A stretch of DNA of 64,000 nucleotides, taken from contig CAVQFQ010000017.1 in the NCBI GenBank assembly GCA_963711835.1, positions 128,001 to 192,000 on the forward strand. Direction: 5' to 3'. Under the pieces are notes generated by a model. It saw nothing but the letters and a program-made list of their open reading frames with translations, was not told where the DNA came from and did not search any database. Each line of letters opens with the position of its first letter. Positions within the stretch are counted from its first letter, which is position 1. The DNA comes from an uncultured delta proteobacterium. GTDB taxonomy: Bacteria; Desulfobacterota; RBG-13-43-22. Shown here piece by piece: positions 1 to 9,559 of the stretch. The position numbers were made by a program, and so were the translations under genes.

Positions 1-801
1 GGCTTCATTTCTTCAATCCCGCCGAGCGGATGCAGCTCCTTGAGGTCATCTGCGCCAAGAAGACCTCCGATCAGACCCTGGCCACCAGCGTGGCCTTTGC
101 CCGGGCCATCAAGAAGATCCCCATCGTGGTCAACGACGGACCGGGATTCTATGTTTCACGCCAGCTGGGCGGACTCATGGGAGGAGCGGTCTTTCTGACT
201 GCCGACGGGGTGGACGGGGCTTCATTGAAGAGGCCATGGTCGATTTCGGCATGCCCATGGGCCCGGCGACCCTGTCCGATCTGACCGGCATCGACATCAA
301 TTACCATGTGAACAAGACCTTTGAAAAGAGGACTGGGAGAGCGTTACAAGGTCCACCCCCTCACCGAGGTGGTTTACCGGACCGGATGCTACGGACGCAA
401 GACAGGCGCCGGCTATTTCGACTACAGCGGCGAGAAGCCCGTGCCGAATCCCAAGGTGGCCGATGTGGTGGCCCAGTATCTCAAGGAAAACAACGTCGCC
501 CCCAAAAAAGTCACCAAGCAGGAGGTGGTGGACCTGATGCTGGCCAACGGCATCAACGAGGCCGCCTACATGATCCAGGAAGGGATCTGCGATCGTCCCC
601 AGGACATGGACCTGGCCATGATCTACGGCACCGGATTTCCGCCTTACCGCGGCGGTATCCTGCAGGTATGCCGACAAATGGGGACTCAAGACCGTTTACA
701 AAAAACTGCTGGAGCTGGAAAAGCAGTACGGCGTGGCCTTCAAGCCGGCCAACCTGATTAAGGCCATGGCAGAAACCGGACAAACTTTTTACAAGAACTG
801 A
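1..801 (+). CDS. 3-hydroxyacyl-CoA dehydrogenase / FadB-like multifunctional enzyme, C-terminal part (5' truncated, frameshifted)
   Basis: LHFFNPAERMQLLEV, VVNDGPGFYV, FGMPMGP..LSDLTGIDI, GRKTGAGYFDY, DLAMIYGTGFPPYRGG are spread over frames; indels near 220, 330 and 665; stop TGA 799-801. Confidence 0.85.
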
Positions 802-823
802 ATTCTTTTTTCGAGGAACCCTC

Positions 824-1537
824 TTGACGACGCTACTAAAATCGAAAATCCGGAAGGAACAAATTCTCGGGGCAGCCGAACGGGTCTTTGCCCAAAAGGG
901 GTATCAGGAGGCGACCATCTCGGATGTGGCCCGGCAGGCCAAGGTCTCCGAGGCCACTATTTACGAATATTTTCCCTCCAAAGAAGAGCTCCTTTTTTCC
1001 ATACCCGGAGAGACCGCTCGGAGAGGCAAAGAAAACCTGGAAAATATGCTCAGGTTTCTCCGAAGGGCAGCGGACAAGATACGGGCGGTCATCCATCACT
1101 ATCTTTTGTTCTATGAGACCCATCCCGATTATGCCTCGGTGTCCATGCTGATCCTTAAGCAGAATCGTAAGTTTCTTGAAATGGAGGCTTACCAGGACGT
1201 CAGGGAGCTATCCCGGCTCATCCTGAATGTGATTGAAGAAGGCATCCGCAGCAGCGAATTCAAGTCCGACACCAACCCCTATCTGGTGCGCGCTACTATT
1301 TTAGGGACCATTGAACACCTGGTGATTCGCCGGGTTCTCCTGGGAAAACCCGAGAAGCTGGCTGATTTAACCGATCAGTTAACCGAATTGATTATGGGGG
1401 GTATCGTGGCCCGCAGAGAAGAGAAGGTTTGGAACCTTCGGATCAGCCTGGGAGCCGAAGAAAACCCGGAAGGAACGGTCCTGCTGGCAGAGAAAAAAGC
1501 AAAATCTCCCAGGCCTCCAAAATCCCAAACAAAGTAA
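824..1537 (+). CDS. TetR/AcrR (FadR-like) transcriptional regulator
   Basis: N-terminal HTH ILGAAERVFAQKGYQEATISDVARQAKVSEATIYEYFPSKEEL. Confidence 0.9.
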   Translation: MTTLLKSKIRKEQILGAAERVFAQKGYQEATISDVARQAKVSEATIYEYFPSKEELLFSIPGETARRGKENLENMLRFLRRAADKIRAVIHHYLLFYETHPDYASVSMLILKQNRKFLEMEAYQDVRELSRLILNVIEEGIRSSEFKSDTNPYLVRATILGTIEHLVIRRVLLGKPEKLADLTDQLTELIMGGIVARREEKVWNLRISLGAEENPEGTVLLAEKKAKSPRPPKSQTK

Positions 1538-1579
1538 AACGAAATAAAAAAATTATTAGCCTATCAGGAGGAAATAAAC

Positions 1580-2791
1580 ATGAAAGAAGTCGTAATTGCA
1601 GGTTACTTGAGGACGGCGCAATCCCGGTCCAGGCCCAATGACCCGGCCCGGGATGTATTTTGCAAAATGAGAGGCGATGAAATGCTGGCCAAACTGATGC
1701 CGGAGATCATCAAAAGAACCGGCCTGGAGCCCAAGGAAATCGGGGACTTTATCGTGGGCTGCGCTACGGCCGTAGGGGAACAGTGGGCCTACGGCGGACG
1801 CAATCCCATCTTCCTGGCCAACTTCCCGGAAACCGTTCCGGCCAAATTTGTGGATCAGCAATGCGGCTCCTCCATGGCCGCCATTCATGTGGGCTTCATG
1901 GAAGTTGCCCAGGACATAGCCGATATCGTTCTGGTGGGCGGCTATGAACATATGACCCGGGTGCCCATGGGTATGGCCACCATTGACCGGGGGCATATCG
2001 TGCCCAATTATTCCCTTTACTTGGATCCCAACTTCCTGCACTGGGACATGATGACCTCCACCAATATGGGCCTGACGGCCGAGAAGCTCTTTGCCCAGTC
2101 GGGCTTTACCAAAGAAGACATGGATCGCTGGGGTGTCCGTTCCCATGCCCTGGCAGCCAAGGCCCAGAGCGAAGGCTTTCTTGCCGGAGAGATCCTGCCG
2201 ATCGAGGCCCCTCAGGACGACGGCACGGTCATGACCGTCGACAAGGACCAGGCCATCCGTTCCGATGTAACCTACGAAGGCATAGCCGAACTGAAGCCGG
2301 CCTTCAAAAAGGACGGCGTCATTACGGCCGGGAATTCCTCTCCCCTCAATGCCGCAGCCAGTTCCATGGTCCTTATGTCCAAGGAAACCGCCAAGAAAAA
2401 AGGGATCAAACCCCTGGCCACCATCCGATCCATCGGCTTCGCCGGGGTGGACCCCACCATCATGGGGGATGGACCGGTTCCGGCCAGCCTGATGGCCTTG
2501 GAGAAGGCCGCGCTGAAGGCCTCGGACATCGACTTCTGGGAGATCAATGAGGCCTTCTGCATCGTGGCCCTGAATTGCATCAAGAAGTTGGGGCTCGATC
2601 CGGAAAAGGTCAACGTCATGGGCGGCGGCACGGCCATCGGCCATGCCTTGGGAGCCACCGGTATCCGCCTGGTGGGGACCCTGGCCCGTACCCTGAATGC
2701 CAGGGGCGGGCGCTACGGCTGCGCCAACGCCTGCATCGGCGGCGGCCAGGGAGTGGCCACCATCATTGAAAAGGAAGCCTACGACCGGTAA
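1580..2791 (+). CDS. Acetyl-CoA C-acyltransferase (thiolase)
   Basis: QQCGSS, NEAF, GHALGATG and CIGGGQG thiolase motifs; AGGAGG RBS. Confidence 0.95.
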   Translation: MKEVVIAGYLRTAQSRSRPNDPARDVFCKMRGDEMLAKLMPEIIKRTGLEPKEIGDFIVGCATAVGEQWAYGGRNPIFLANFPETVPAKFVDQQCGSSMAAIHVGFMEVAQDIADIVLVGGYEHMTRVPMGMATIDRGHIVPNYSLYLDPNFLHWDMMTSTNMGLTAEKLFAQSGFTKEDMDRWGVRSHALAAKAQSEGFLAGEILPIEAPQDDGTVMTVDKDQAIRSDVTYEGIAELKPAFKKDGVITAGNSSPLNAAASSMVLMSKETAKKKGIKPLATIRSIGFAGVDPTIMGDGPVPASLMALEKAALKASDIDFWEINEAFCIVALNCIKKLGLDPEKVNVMGGGTAIGHALGATGIRLVGTLARTLNARGGRYGCANACIGGGQGVATIIEKEAYDR

Positions 2792-2821
2792 TCCGCCACA
2801 GCCCCAGTATATTTTATGATT

Positions 2822-2880
2822 AGCCACAGACACACTCAGACAAAGACAGACAATATTTTTGCCTGTGTGCGTCGGTGGCG
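2822..2880. repeat. Imperfect palindromic intergenic repeat (REP-like)
   Basis: gccacagacacac...gtgtgcgtcggtggc arms with internal (a)cagac repeats. Confidence 0.5.
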
Positions 2881-2912
2881 AAAATCATTTTTGAATTGTT
2901 CTGGTTAGGGAA

Positions 2913-4265
2913 TTGAAGAAAATATCTCAACCCAAGGTTGGGGACACCAAGTCCCTCGTTTCCATCGTCCGTTATGAAAAGCCCCTGGCTTCGGTCCGCC
3001 AGGCCGTGGACCTCTGCCGGGGGCTTTCGGACCTCCCCGCCAAGGCCAGGGTCTTCATCAAACCCAATATCGTCTTCTGGACCCGGTTCGTTCCTTTTCC
3101 GAAGTGGGGGGTGATCACCACCTCCCGCGTCGTGGAAGATGCCGTCATCCTCCTTAAAGAACGGGGCATTGACGACATCACCATCGGCGAAGGAACGGTC
3201 ACCAGCCGCCCCAAGGACTTCGAAACGCCGGCCCATGCCTTTGAAACCCTGGGGTACCCAACCCTTCAGAAGCGCTATGGGGTCAAATTCCTCAACGTCT
3301 TCGAGCGGCCTTTTAAAAAATGGGACCTGGGGGACGGGGCGGCGCTCCATTTCAACGCCGATTTTTTGGAAAGCGATTTCCTGATCAACCTGCCGGTTCT
3401 CAAGACCCATGCCCAGGCCGTGGTTTCCCTGGGCATAAAGAACCTAAAAGGGCTGATTGATATCCCTTCCCGTAAAAAATGTCACAACGCCTCTCCCGGC
3501 CGGGACTTGAATTTCTATGTCTCCCGGTTGGCCCGGTCTATCCCCCCTTCTCTAACGGTGGTGGACGGCATCTACAGCAATGAACAGGGTCCCGGCTTTG
3601 ATGGGAGGATTCATCGCAGCAATATCCTGATCGCCTCGAGCGATGTCCTCTCAGCCGATATGGTCGGAGCCAAGGTCCTGGGCTATGAACCTTCTCAGGT
3701 CCCTCATCTGGCGCAGGCGGCCGAGGAAAGAGGACGTCCTGTGGATCTTTCCGATATGGAAGTGGTCGGTGAAGAGCCGGCTGAAGTGGCTTTGCACCAC
3801 GAATACACCTTCCCCTATAACGAGGAAGGGACCTTGCCGCTGCCCATGGCCACCATGGGTATCCGGGGACTATCGTATAAAAAATACGATCTGACCATGT
3901 GCACCTACTGCTCGGGGCTGACCCGGATTGTTCTCATGGCCATAGCCCGGGCCTGGAAGGGGCGGCCCTGGGACGAGGTCGAAATCCTGACCGGCAAGGC
4001 CATGAAACCCACCCCGGGGATGAAGAAGACCATCTTAATGGGTCAATGTATGGTTCAGGCCAATAAAGACAACCCCGATATTCGGGAGATGATTCCGGTC
4101 AAGGGCTGCCCGCCTTCCAGAAAGGAATTGATCAAGGCCCTCTGGCAGGCCGGTATTGAGGTCGATCCCTCTTTCATCGAGCACCTGGAATTGGCTCCCG
4201 GCGCTTATATGAAGCGCTACCAGGGGAAGCCGGAATTTGACGAGGCGTTTTTTACCGTTTCTTAG
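2913..4265 (+). CDS. DUF362 domain Fe-S protein with C-terminal CxxC/GCPP extension
   Basis: VFIKPN, INLPVLKTH, SLGIKNLKG, VVDGI, SDVLSADMVGA; C-terminal CTYC and GCPP. Confidence 0.8.
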   Translation: MKKISQPKVGDTKSLVSIVRYEKPLASVRQAVDLCRGLSDLPAKARVFIKPNIVFWTRFVPFPKWGVITTSRVVEDAVILLKERGIDDITIGEGTVTSRPKDFETPAHAFETLGYPTLQKRYGVKFLNVFERPFKKWDLGDGAALHFNADFLESDFLINLPVLKTHAQAVVSLGIKNLKGLIDIPSRKKCHNASPGRDLNFYVSRLARSIPPSLTVVDGIYSNEQGPGFDGRIHRSNILIASSDVLSADMVGAKVLGYEPSQVPHLAQAAEERGRPVDLSDMEVVGEEPAEVALHHEYTFPYNEEGTLPLPMATMGIRGLSYKKYDLTMCTYCSGLTRIVLMAIARAWKGRPWDEVEILTGKAMKPTPGMKKTILMGQCMVQANKDNPDIREMIPVKGCPPSRKELIKALWQAGIEVDPSFIEHLELAPGAYMKRYQGKPEFDEAFFTVS

Positions 4266-5232
4266 CCGGACCCTTCTCGATGAGCAGGGGGATAAAGGTC
4301 TCCAGGTCTTCGATGATACAGACATCGGAAAAATCAAAAATAGCGGCCTGGGGATCCTTGTTGATGGCCACAATAAATCCGGAATCCCGCATGCCGGCCA
4401 GGTGCTGGTAGGCCCCGGAAATCCCGCAGGCCAGATAAAGTTTGGGAGAGACCGTGGCCCCGGTCAGCCCGATCTGCTGGGAATAGTTCAGCCAGCCCAG
4501 GTCGCAAAGGGGGCGGGATCCGGCCACAGCGGATCTTGGAAACAGGGCGGCCAGGCGGTGGATCAGGTGAAGATTATCGGCTTTGCCGATCCCTCTTCCG
4601 GCGGCTACGATCACCTCCGCCTCGGCCAGGCCGGCGTTTTGATCCCTGGAGGGCTTAAGGCCAAGCCATTCGGTCCGGGAGAAGGGAAGGTCTTTTTTGA
4701 TCACCCGAAGAACCCCCTGGCCCGGCCGATCCGTTTCAGATTCCTTGAAAACCCCGGGCTGAAAGGTGACCACCGCCCCTTCGGTTCGGGGCCTGATTTC
4801 GGCAATGATTTTTCCCCCATAAAGAGGGCGTTGAAATACAAGACCGTCCTTATCAACCCGGAGGCCGGTTACAGCGGTTATGCAGGCCAGGGCTAACCGC
4901 CGGGCCAGGCGAGGGGCATAATCCCAACCCTGGGAGGTATGGCCGGCGATAATGAATCCTGCCGGCTGATAAGAGAGCACCTCATGCAGGATGGCCGTGA
5001 AGGCTTCTCCCTGATAAGAAGCTAGCCCCGAAACCTGAATGGCCCAAACCTCCAGACCTGTTCTTTGAACCATTTCTTTTCCGAGGTCCTCAACCTCTTC
5101 CCCGATCAGGATGCACCGGACCGGGGCCCGGTTGCCTTGTTGGATCTGCCGGGCAACCTGAAGCCCTTCCCAGGTGACCGGTTTCAGCCGGCCCTGGCCG
5201 TGTTCGGCGATGACTATAATCGGTTTATCCAT
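4252..5232 (-). CDS. etfA: Electron transfer flavoprotein alpha subunit
   Basis: VAAGRGIG, QIGLTGATVSPKLYLACGISGAYQH, AINKDPQAAIF. Confidence 0.95.
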   Translation of the reverse strand: MDKPIIVIAEHGQGRLKPVTWEGLQVARQIQQGNRAPVRCILIGEEVEDLGKEMVQRTGLEVWAIQVSGLASYQGEAFTAILHEVLSYQPAGFIIAGHTSQGWDYAPRLARRLALACITAVTGLRVDKDGLVFQRPLYGGKIIAEIRPRTEGAVVTFQPGVFKESETDRPGQGVLRVIKKDLPFSRTEWLGLKPSRDQNAGLAEAEVIVAAGRGIGKADNLHLIHRLAALFPRSAVAGSRPLCDLGWLNYSQQIGLTGATVSPKLYLACGISGAYQHLAGMRDSGFIVAINKDPQAAIFDFSDVCIIEDLETFIPLLIEKGPAKKR

Positions 5233-5250
5233 GAGCAGATGAGCAGACCA

Positions 5251-6030
5251 TCAGTTCAAAAGGGACTTGTCCCGCAGGATGGTTAAAAGGGCCGCAGCCT
5301 TTTCCAAAGGGCTCCCTGAAAGGACCAACCCGGGACGGGACCTTTGGGGAAACGAAAAACCGAGGGTCTCCTGAAGGGGCGGGTCCTGTTTTAAGCTGCC
5401 GGCCGGGATGATTTCCAGTTCCTGTTTTTTTGCCCGGAGGACATTGGAAAGGGAGGGATAACGCGGTTTATTGATGCCGCTTTGGATACTGAGAACGGCC
5501 GGCCAGGCCAATTTTAACTGTTCCCGGAGGCCTCCCTCAATTTCCCGTTCCACATGGACGGCCTTGCCCTCCATGGAGAGGGCCAGGGAAATCACGGACG
5601 TAGCCAAGGAGAGGGAGAGAAATTCCGCCAGCAGAGGGCCCACCTGACCTTCCATATCATCCTCGGCCATAACGCCCACAAGGATCAGGTCATAAGGATG
5701 CCGGCTCCCGTACCAGGCAATCCAGGAGGCGACTTGAAAAGGGCTGAGGACCGATTCTTCCGCGCTGAGGATGTGAATGCCCTGATCGGCCCCCATCCCC
5801 AGGCAGCGCCTGACCACCGTCTCGGATCGCCGAGGTCCGACGCTGATGACGTCGACGGAGCTTTGGGGAATGGCCGCCTTGAGAACAAGGGCCTCTTCAA
5901 CGGCAAATTCATCAAAGTAATTCATTTTAAAGAGAGGCGAAGGAACGGTGACCAGCTTGGATCCGGAGGGATCAATCTGTAGGGTCCCTTCGGGATCGAG
6001 GACCTCTTTGACGCAAACCAGGATCTTCAT
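5251..6030 (-). CDS. etfB: Electron transfer flavoprotein beta subunit
   Basis: MKILVCVKEV, MNYFDEFAVEEAL, GQVGPLLAE, INKPRYPSL. Confidence 0.95.
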   Translation of the reverse strand: MKILVCVKEVLDPEGTLQIDPSGSKLVTVPSPLFKMNYFDEFAVEEALVLKAAIPQSSVDVISVGPRRSETVVRRCLGMGADQGIHILSAEESVLSPFQVASWIAWYGSRHPYDLILVGVMAEDDMEGQVGPLLAEFLSLSLATSVISLALSMEGKAVHVEREIEGGLREQLKLAWPAVLSIQSGINKPRYPSLSNVLRAKKQELEIIPAGSLKQDPPLQETLGFSFPQRSRPGLVLSGSPLEKAAALLTILRDKSLLN

Positions 6031-6066
6031 TTTTGATAAGGGCGCTACGTTTAGAATACAGGGCGA

Positions 6067-6371
6067 TTAAATACTAAGCAAAGATCTTTGCAATTTTTTC
6101 TAAAGTCCTGAATAAATGGTGTAGGGGGGCCCTATTTTTTAAGTTGTCCAAAGGGTGACTAAGAGCCCCTAATCCGGCCCGAATAACTAAGTTTATGTTA
6201 GAGCAGGGCATTCACCAACGCCTATTTCCAGCCTGGGTGTAGGCCTGCTGATGAAATAGGGTTCGCATTTTGGCCCGGCAAAGAAGCTTATGGCTTTGGG
6301 GTGGACAACTCAAAAAATAGGACCCCCCTACACCTGATATTTGAAAATTAGATATAAATTCCCAGAATTAA
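6067..6371. repeat. Non-coding element copy 1: core 6118-6334 bounded by 33-bp inverted repeats, inside TTAA-bounded flanks
   Basis: ggtgtaggggggccctattttttaagttgtcca (6118-6150) vs tggacaactcaaaaaataggacccccctacacc (6302-6334), 31/33; homologous to 9560-9862 and 43971-44241. Confidence 0.9.
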
Positions 6372-6463
6372 GAGTATTACAATCTATCAAATGTAAGGAA
6401 GAAAGAGTTCTTAATCAAGGAAAAAAATGATATAGTAAGCAACCTCTTTTTTGGACACCTCCA

Positions 6464-7171
6464 ATGGGCGATCTTTACGTTATACGACATGCGCAGGCCT
6501 CTTTCGGGAAGCCCGATTACGACCAGCTCTCCAGGCTCGGGTTTCGCCAGGCTTCCCTCCTGGAAGGGTATTTGTCCCATCTGGGGGTTGGGTTTGAAGT
6601 AGTCTTTTCCGGGGCTATGAAGCGCCACTTAGACACCGCCCAGCCCCTCCTGGCCTGCCTGGGACCGGATACCGACCCGGAAGCCTTGACCGTTCTATCC
6701 GAGTTCAACGAGTATGATTCGTCTTCCCTGATGCAGATCCAATTGCCCCATCTGACCCGGGAAGACCCTTCTCTGGAAAAGGACCTGGCCAATATTTACA
6801 CCGATCCCAAGGCCGTTTATCGCCTCTTAAACCGGGCCATCCTGCGCTGGATATCCGACCCGGACGTCGGCTCAGGCATTGAGACCTGGACTGAATTCAC
6901 CCAAAGGGTTCGGAAAGGCATCAATCGGGTTATCGAGGAAGCCGGGAAGGGCAAGACCATCGCCCTGGTAACCTCCGGCGGGCCGATTTCAGCCCTGCTT
7001 CAACTGGCCCTTTCCCTGTCCGACCAGGAAACCATCCATTTGGCCTGGCAACTTCGAAACGCCTCGGTTTCCATCTTTAAGTACAACCGGAAGCGCTTAA
7101 CCCTGGATTCCTTCAATTCCGTGGCCCATCTGGAAAAAGAGAAGGATCCGACTTTGATAACTTACCGCTAA
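6464..7171 (+). CDS. Histidine phosphatase (phosphoglycerate mutase-like) family protein
   Basis: LYVIRHAQASFG, FNEYD, LVTSGGPI, LRNASVS. Confidence 0.9.
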   Translation: MGDLYVIRHAQASFGKPDYDQLSRLGFRQASLLEGYLSHLGVGFEVVFSGAMKRHLDTAQPLLACLGPDTDPEALTVLSEFNEYDSSSLMQIQLPHLTREDPSLEKDLANIYTDPKAVYRLLNRAILRWISDPDVGSGIETWTEFTQRVRKGINRVIEEAGKGKTIALVTSGGPISALLQLALSLSDQETIHLAWQLRNASVSIFKYNRKRLTLDSFNSVAHLEKEKDPTLITYR

Positions 7172-7208
7172 AGACACCTATTTTTCAGTAACCGGAAAGG
7201 AGTACCCA

Positions 7209-8414
7209 ATGGATTTTGAAATATCGGACAAGATGAAAGCCGTTTTGGAGATGATGAACGAGTTCCTGGAAAAGGAGGTCATTCCTCTGGAGCCGGAATA
7301 CCTGAACCGATCCTTCGTGGGTATGCTCCCCGAACTGGAGGAAAAAAGAAGGATCGTCAAGCAGATGGAGCTCTGGGCCCCCCAGCATCCCAAGGAATAC
7401 GGGGGCATGGGTCTGGATATTATTGAATTCGGTCTGGTATCTGAGGTCCTGGGCCAATCCCCTCTCGGACACTTCGTCTTCGGGGCCCAGGCCCCGGATG
7501 CCGGCAATATCGAGATCCTGCACCTCCACGGCACGGAGGAGCAAAAAAAGACCTATTTGAAACCCCTGGTGGCAGGGGAAATCCGGAGCTGTTTTTCCAT
7601 GACCGAAGTGGAACTGGCCGGCTCCAACCCGGTGCTGCTGGCCACAACCGCGGTGAAGGACGGTGATGATTACGTCATCAACGGCCACAAGTGGTACACT
7701 TCCAGCGCCGACGGCGCCGCCTTTGCCATCGTCATGGCCGTCACCAATCCCGAGGCCTCCCCCTACTTGCGGGCCAGCATGATTATTGTCCCTACGGACA
7801 GGCCGGGTTTTAATCTGGTCCGCAACATCCCGGTCATGGGCCATCAGGGTTCCGGTTGGGCCAGCCACGGCGAGATCCTCTACCAGAACTGCCGGGTCCC
7901 CCAAAAAAACCTTCTCGGCCCCGAGGGCGCCGGCTTTGTCATTGCCCAGGAACGGTTGGGCCCCGGCCGGATCCATCACTGCATGCGCTGGATCGGCATC
8001 TGCAATCGGGCCTTTGCCCTGATGTGCTCCCGGGCCCTGAACCGCGAGATCGCCCCGGGCAAGACCCTGGCCACCCGCCAGATCATCCAGGCCTGGATCG
8101 CCGAAGGCGCGGCCGAAATTCAGGCCGCCCGCCTCATGGTCCTCCATGCCGCCTGGAAGATGCACCATCTGGGTCAGAAAGAGGCCCGGGAAGAGATTTC
8201 CCTGATCAAATTTTACACGGCCGGAGTCATGCAAAAAGTGGTGGACCGGGCCATCCAGGTCCACGGCGGTCTGGGCATGTCGGACGACACTGTCCTGGCC
8301 TTTTTCTTCCGCCATGAGAGGGCGTCCCGGATCTATGACGGGGTGGATGAAGTCCACAAGGTGACGGTGGCCCGGAGGATTTTAAGGGAATACGAGGGCA
8401 AGAAAGTTCGCTGA
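7209..8414 (+). CDS. Acyl-CoA dehydrogenase, ACAD10/11 (LvaC-like) subgroup
   Basis: APDAGNIEIL, SCFSMTE, INGHKWYTS, AQERLGPGRIHHCMR, IQVHGGLG, RIYDGVDEVH. Confidence 0.9.
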   Translation: MDFEISDKMKAVLEMMNEFLEKEVIPLEPEYLNRSFVGMLPELEEKRRIVKQMELWAPQHPKEYGGMGLDIIEFGLVSEVLGQSPLGHFVFGAQAPDAGNIEILHLHGTEEQKKTYLKPLVAGEIRSCFSMTEVELAGSNPVLLATTAVKDGDDYVINGHKWYTSSADGAAFAIVMAVTNPEASPYLRASMIIVPTDRPGFNLVRNIPVMGHQGSGWASHGEILYQNCRVPQKNLLGPEGAGFVIAQERLGPGRIHHCMRWIGICNRAFALMCSRALNREIAPGKTLATRQIIQAWIAEGAAEIQAARLMVLHAAWKMHHLGQKEAREEISLIKFYTAGVMQKVVDRAIQVHGGLGMSDDTVLAFFFRHERASRIYDGVDEVHKVTVARRILREYEGKKVR

Positions 8415-8422
8415 GGTGCCGG

Positions 8423-9490
8423 ATGGATTTTAAAGATACAGCCACGACCATACGGGCAGGGGAGGAACTGGATATCCCCAAGCTGGAGGCCTTCCTAAAA
8501 GAGGCCCTCCCTGGGCTGGAAGGCCCTCTGGTCATTAGGCAATTTCCCAAGGGCTATTCCAACTTGACCTACCTGCTCCATTTCGACAACCGCGAAGTGG
8601 TGCTGCGCCGGCCCCCTATCGGGACCAAAGCCAAGACCGCCCATGACATGAAGCGGGAATACCGGATCCTCACGGCCCTGCGGCCGGTATTCCCCTATTG
8701 TCCGGAACCCCTGGTTTATACTGAAGATGAAGCCGTCATGGGCTGTCCCTTCTACCTCATGGAGCGCCTGAACGGCATCATCCTGCGCAAAGAACTGCCC
8801 CCGGACCTGGTGTTCACCCCGGATCAGGCCCGGCGGCTTTTTGAAAGATTCCTGGATGTGCTGGTGGAACTTCATTCCATCGACTATAAAAAAATCGGCC
8901 TGGAGAATTTCGGCAAGCCGGAAGGGTATGTGCGCCGGCAGGTCGAGGGCTGGAGCAATCGCTACCGGGCGGCCCGGACCCCGGACGCCCCGGATTTTGA
9001 AACCGTCATGGCCTGGATCGCCGAAAAGATGCCCCCTGATACGGACCGGCCGACCATCGTCCATAACGATTACCGTCTGGACAACATGGTCCTGGATGAA
9101 AAGGACCCTTTCAAAATCATCGGGGTCCTGGACTGGGAAATGGCCACTATCGGAGACCCTCTCATGGATCTGGGCAATACCCTGGCCTATTGGGTCGAAA
9201 AGGACGATCCGCCGGAGAGTCATCTGCTGCGGAACATGCCTACCCACATTGAGGGGGCCCTGACGCGGAAGGAAGTGGTGGCGCGCTATGCCCAAAAAAC
9301 CGGCCGATCCCTGACTCAGGTTGACTTTTACCACTGCTTCGGGATCTTTCGGTTGGCCGTTATCGCTCAGCAGATCTACTACCGCTTTTACCACGGCCAG
9401 ACCAAGGACGCGCGTTTTCAGGCTTTAATCCACGGGGTTCGGATCCTGGAACAGGCCGCCCTCAGGATCCTGGAACAAGCCCAACCCTGA
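8423..9490 (+). CDS. APH-family phosphotransferase, ACAD10/11 kinase (LvaA-like)
   Basis: QFPKGYSNLTY, VLRRPP, AHDMKREY, IVHNDYRLDN, VLDWEMATIGDPLMDLG. Confidence 0.9.
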   Translation: MDFKDTATTIRAGEELDIPKLEAFLKEALPGLEGPLVIRQFPKGYSNLTYLLHFDNREVVLRRPPIGTKAKTAHDMKREYRILTALRPVFPYCPEPLVYTEDEAVMGCPFYLMERLNGIILRKELPPDLVFTPDQARRLFERFLDVLVELHSIDYKKIGLENFGKPEGYVRRQVEGWSNRYRAARTPDAPDFETVMAWIAEKMPPDTDRPTIVHNDYRLDNMVLDEKDPFKIIGVLDWEMATIGDPLMDLGNTLAYWVEKDDPPESHLLRNMPTHIEGALTRKEVVARYAQKTGRSLTQVDFYHCFGIFRLAVIAQQIYYRFYHGQTKDARFQALIHGVRILEQAALRILEQAQP

Positions 9491-9559
9491 ACCCTTGTTT
9501 TTGAAAACCTAAAGGAGAACTGAAATTTCTTGACCCTTGACAGGGACAGGAAAATCAGG

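Noticed and set aside
6248-6262. CUGAUGA hammerhead ribozyme core in copy 1
   Set aside because: There is no stem II followed by GAAA, and the motif is absent from copies 2 and 3.
6118-6334. 6S RNA call
   Set aside because: The shape is similar, but I see no 6S consensus motifs. Three dispersed copies with long near-perfect IRs and no usual ssrS context also argue against it.
1556-9394. Long antisense ORFs (1556-2833, 7185-8357, 8495-9394 and similar ones elsewhere)
   Set aside because: They are shadows of well-supported genes caused by GC-rich codon bias, with no motifs of their own.
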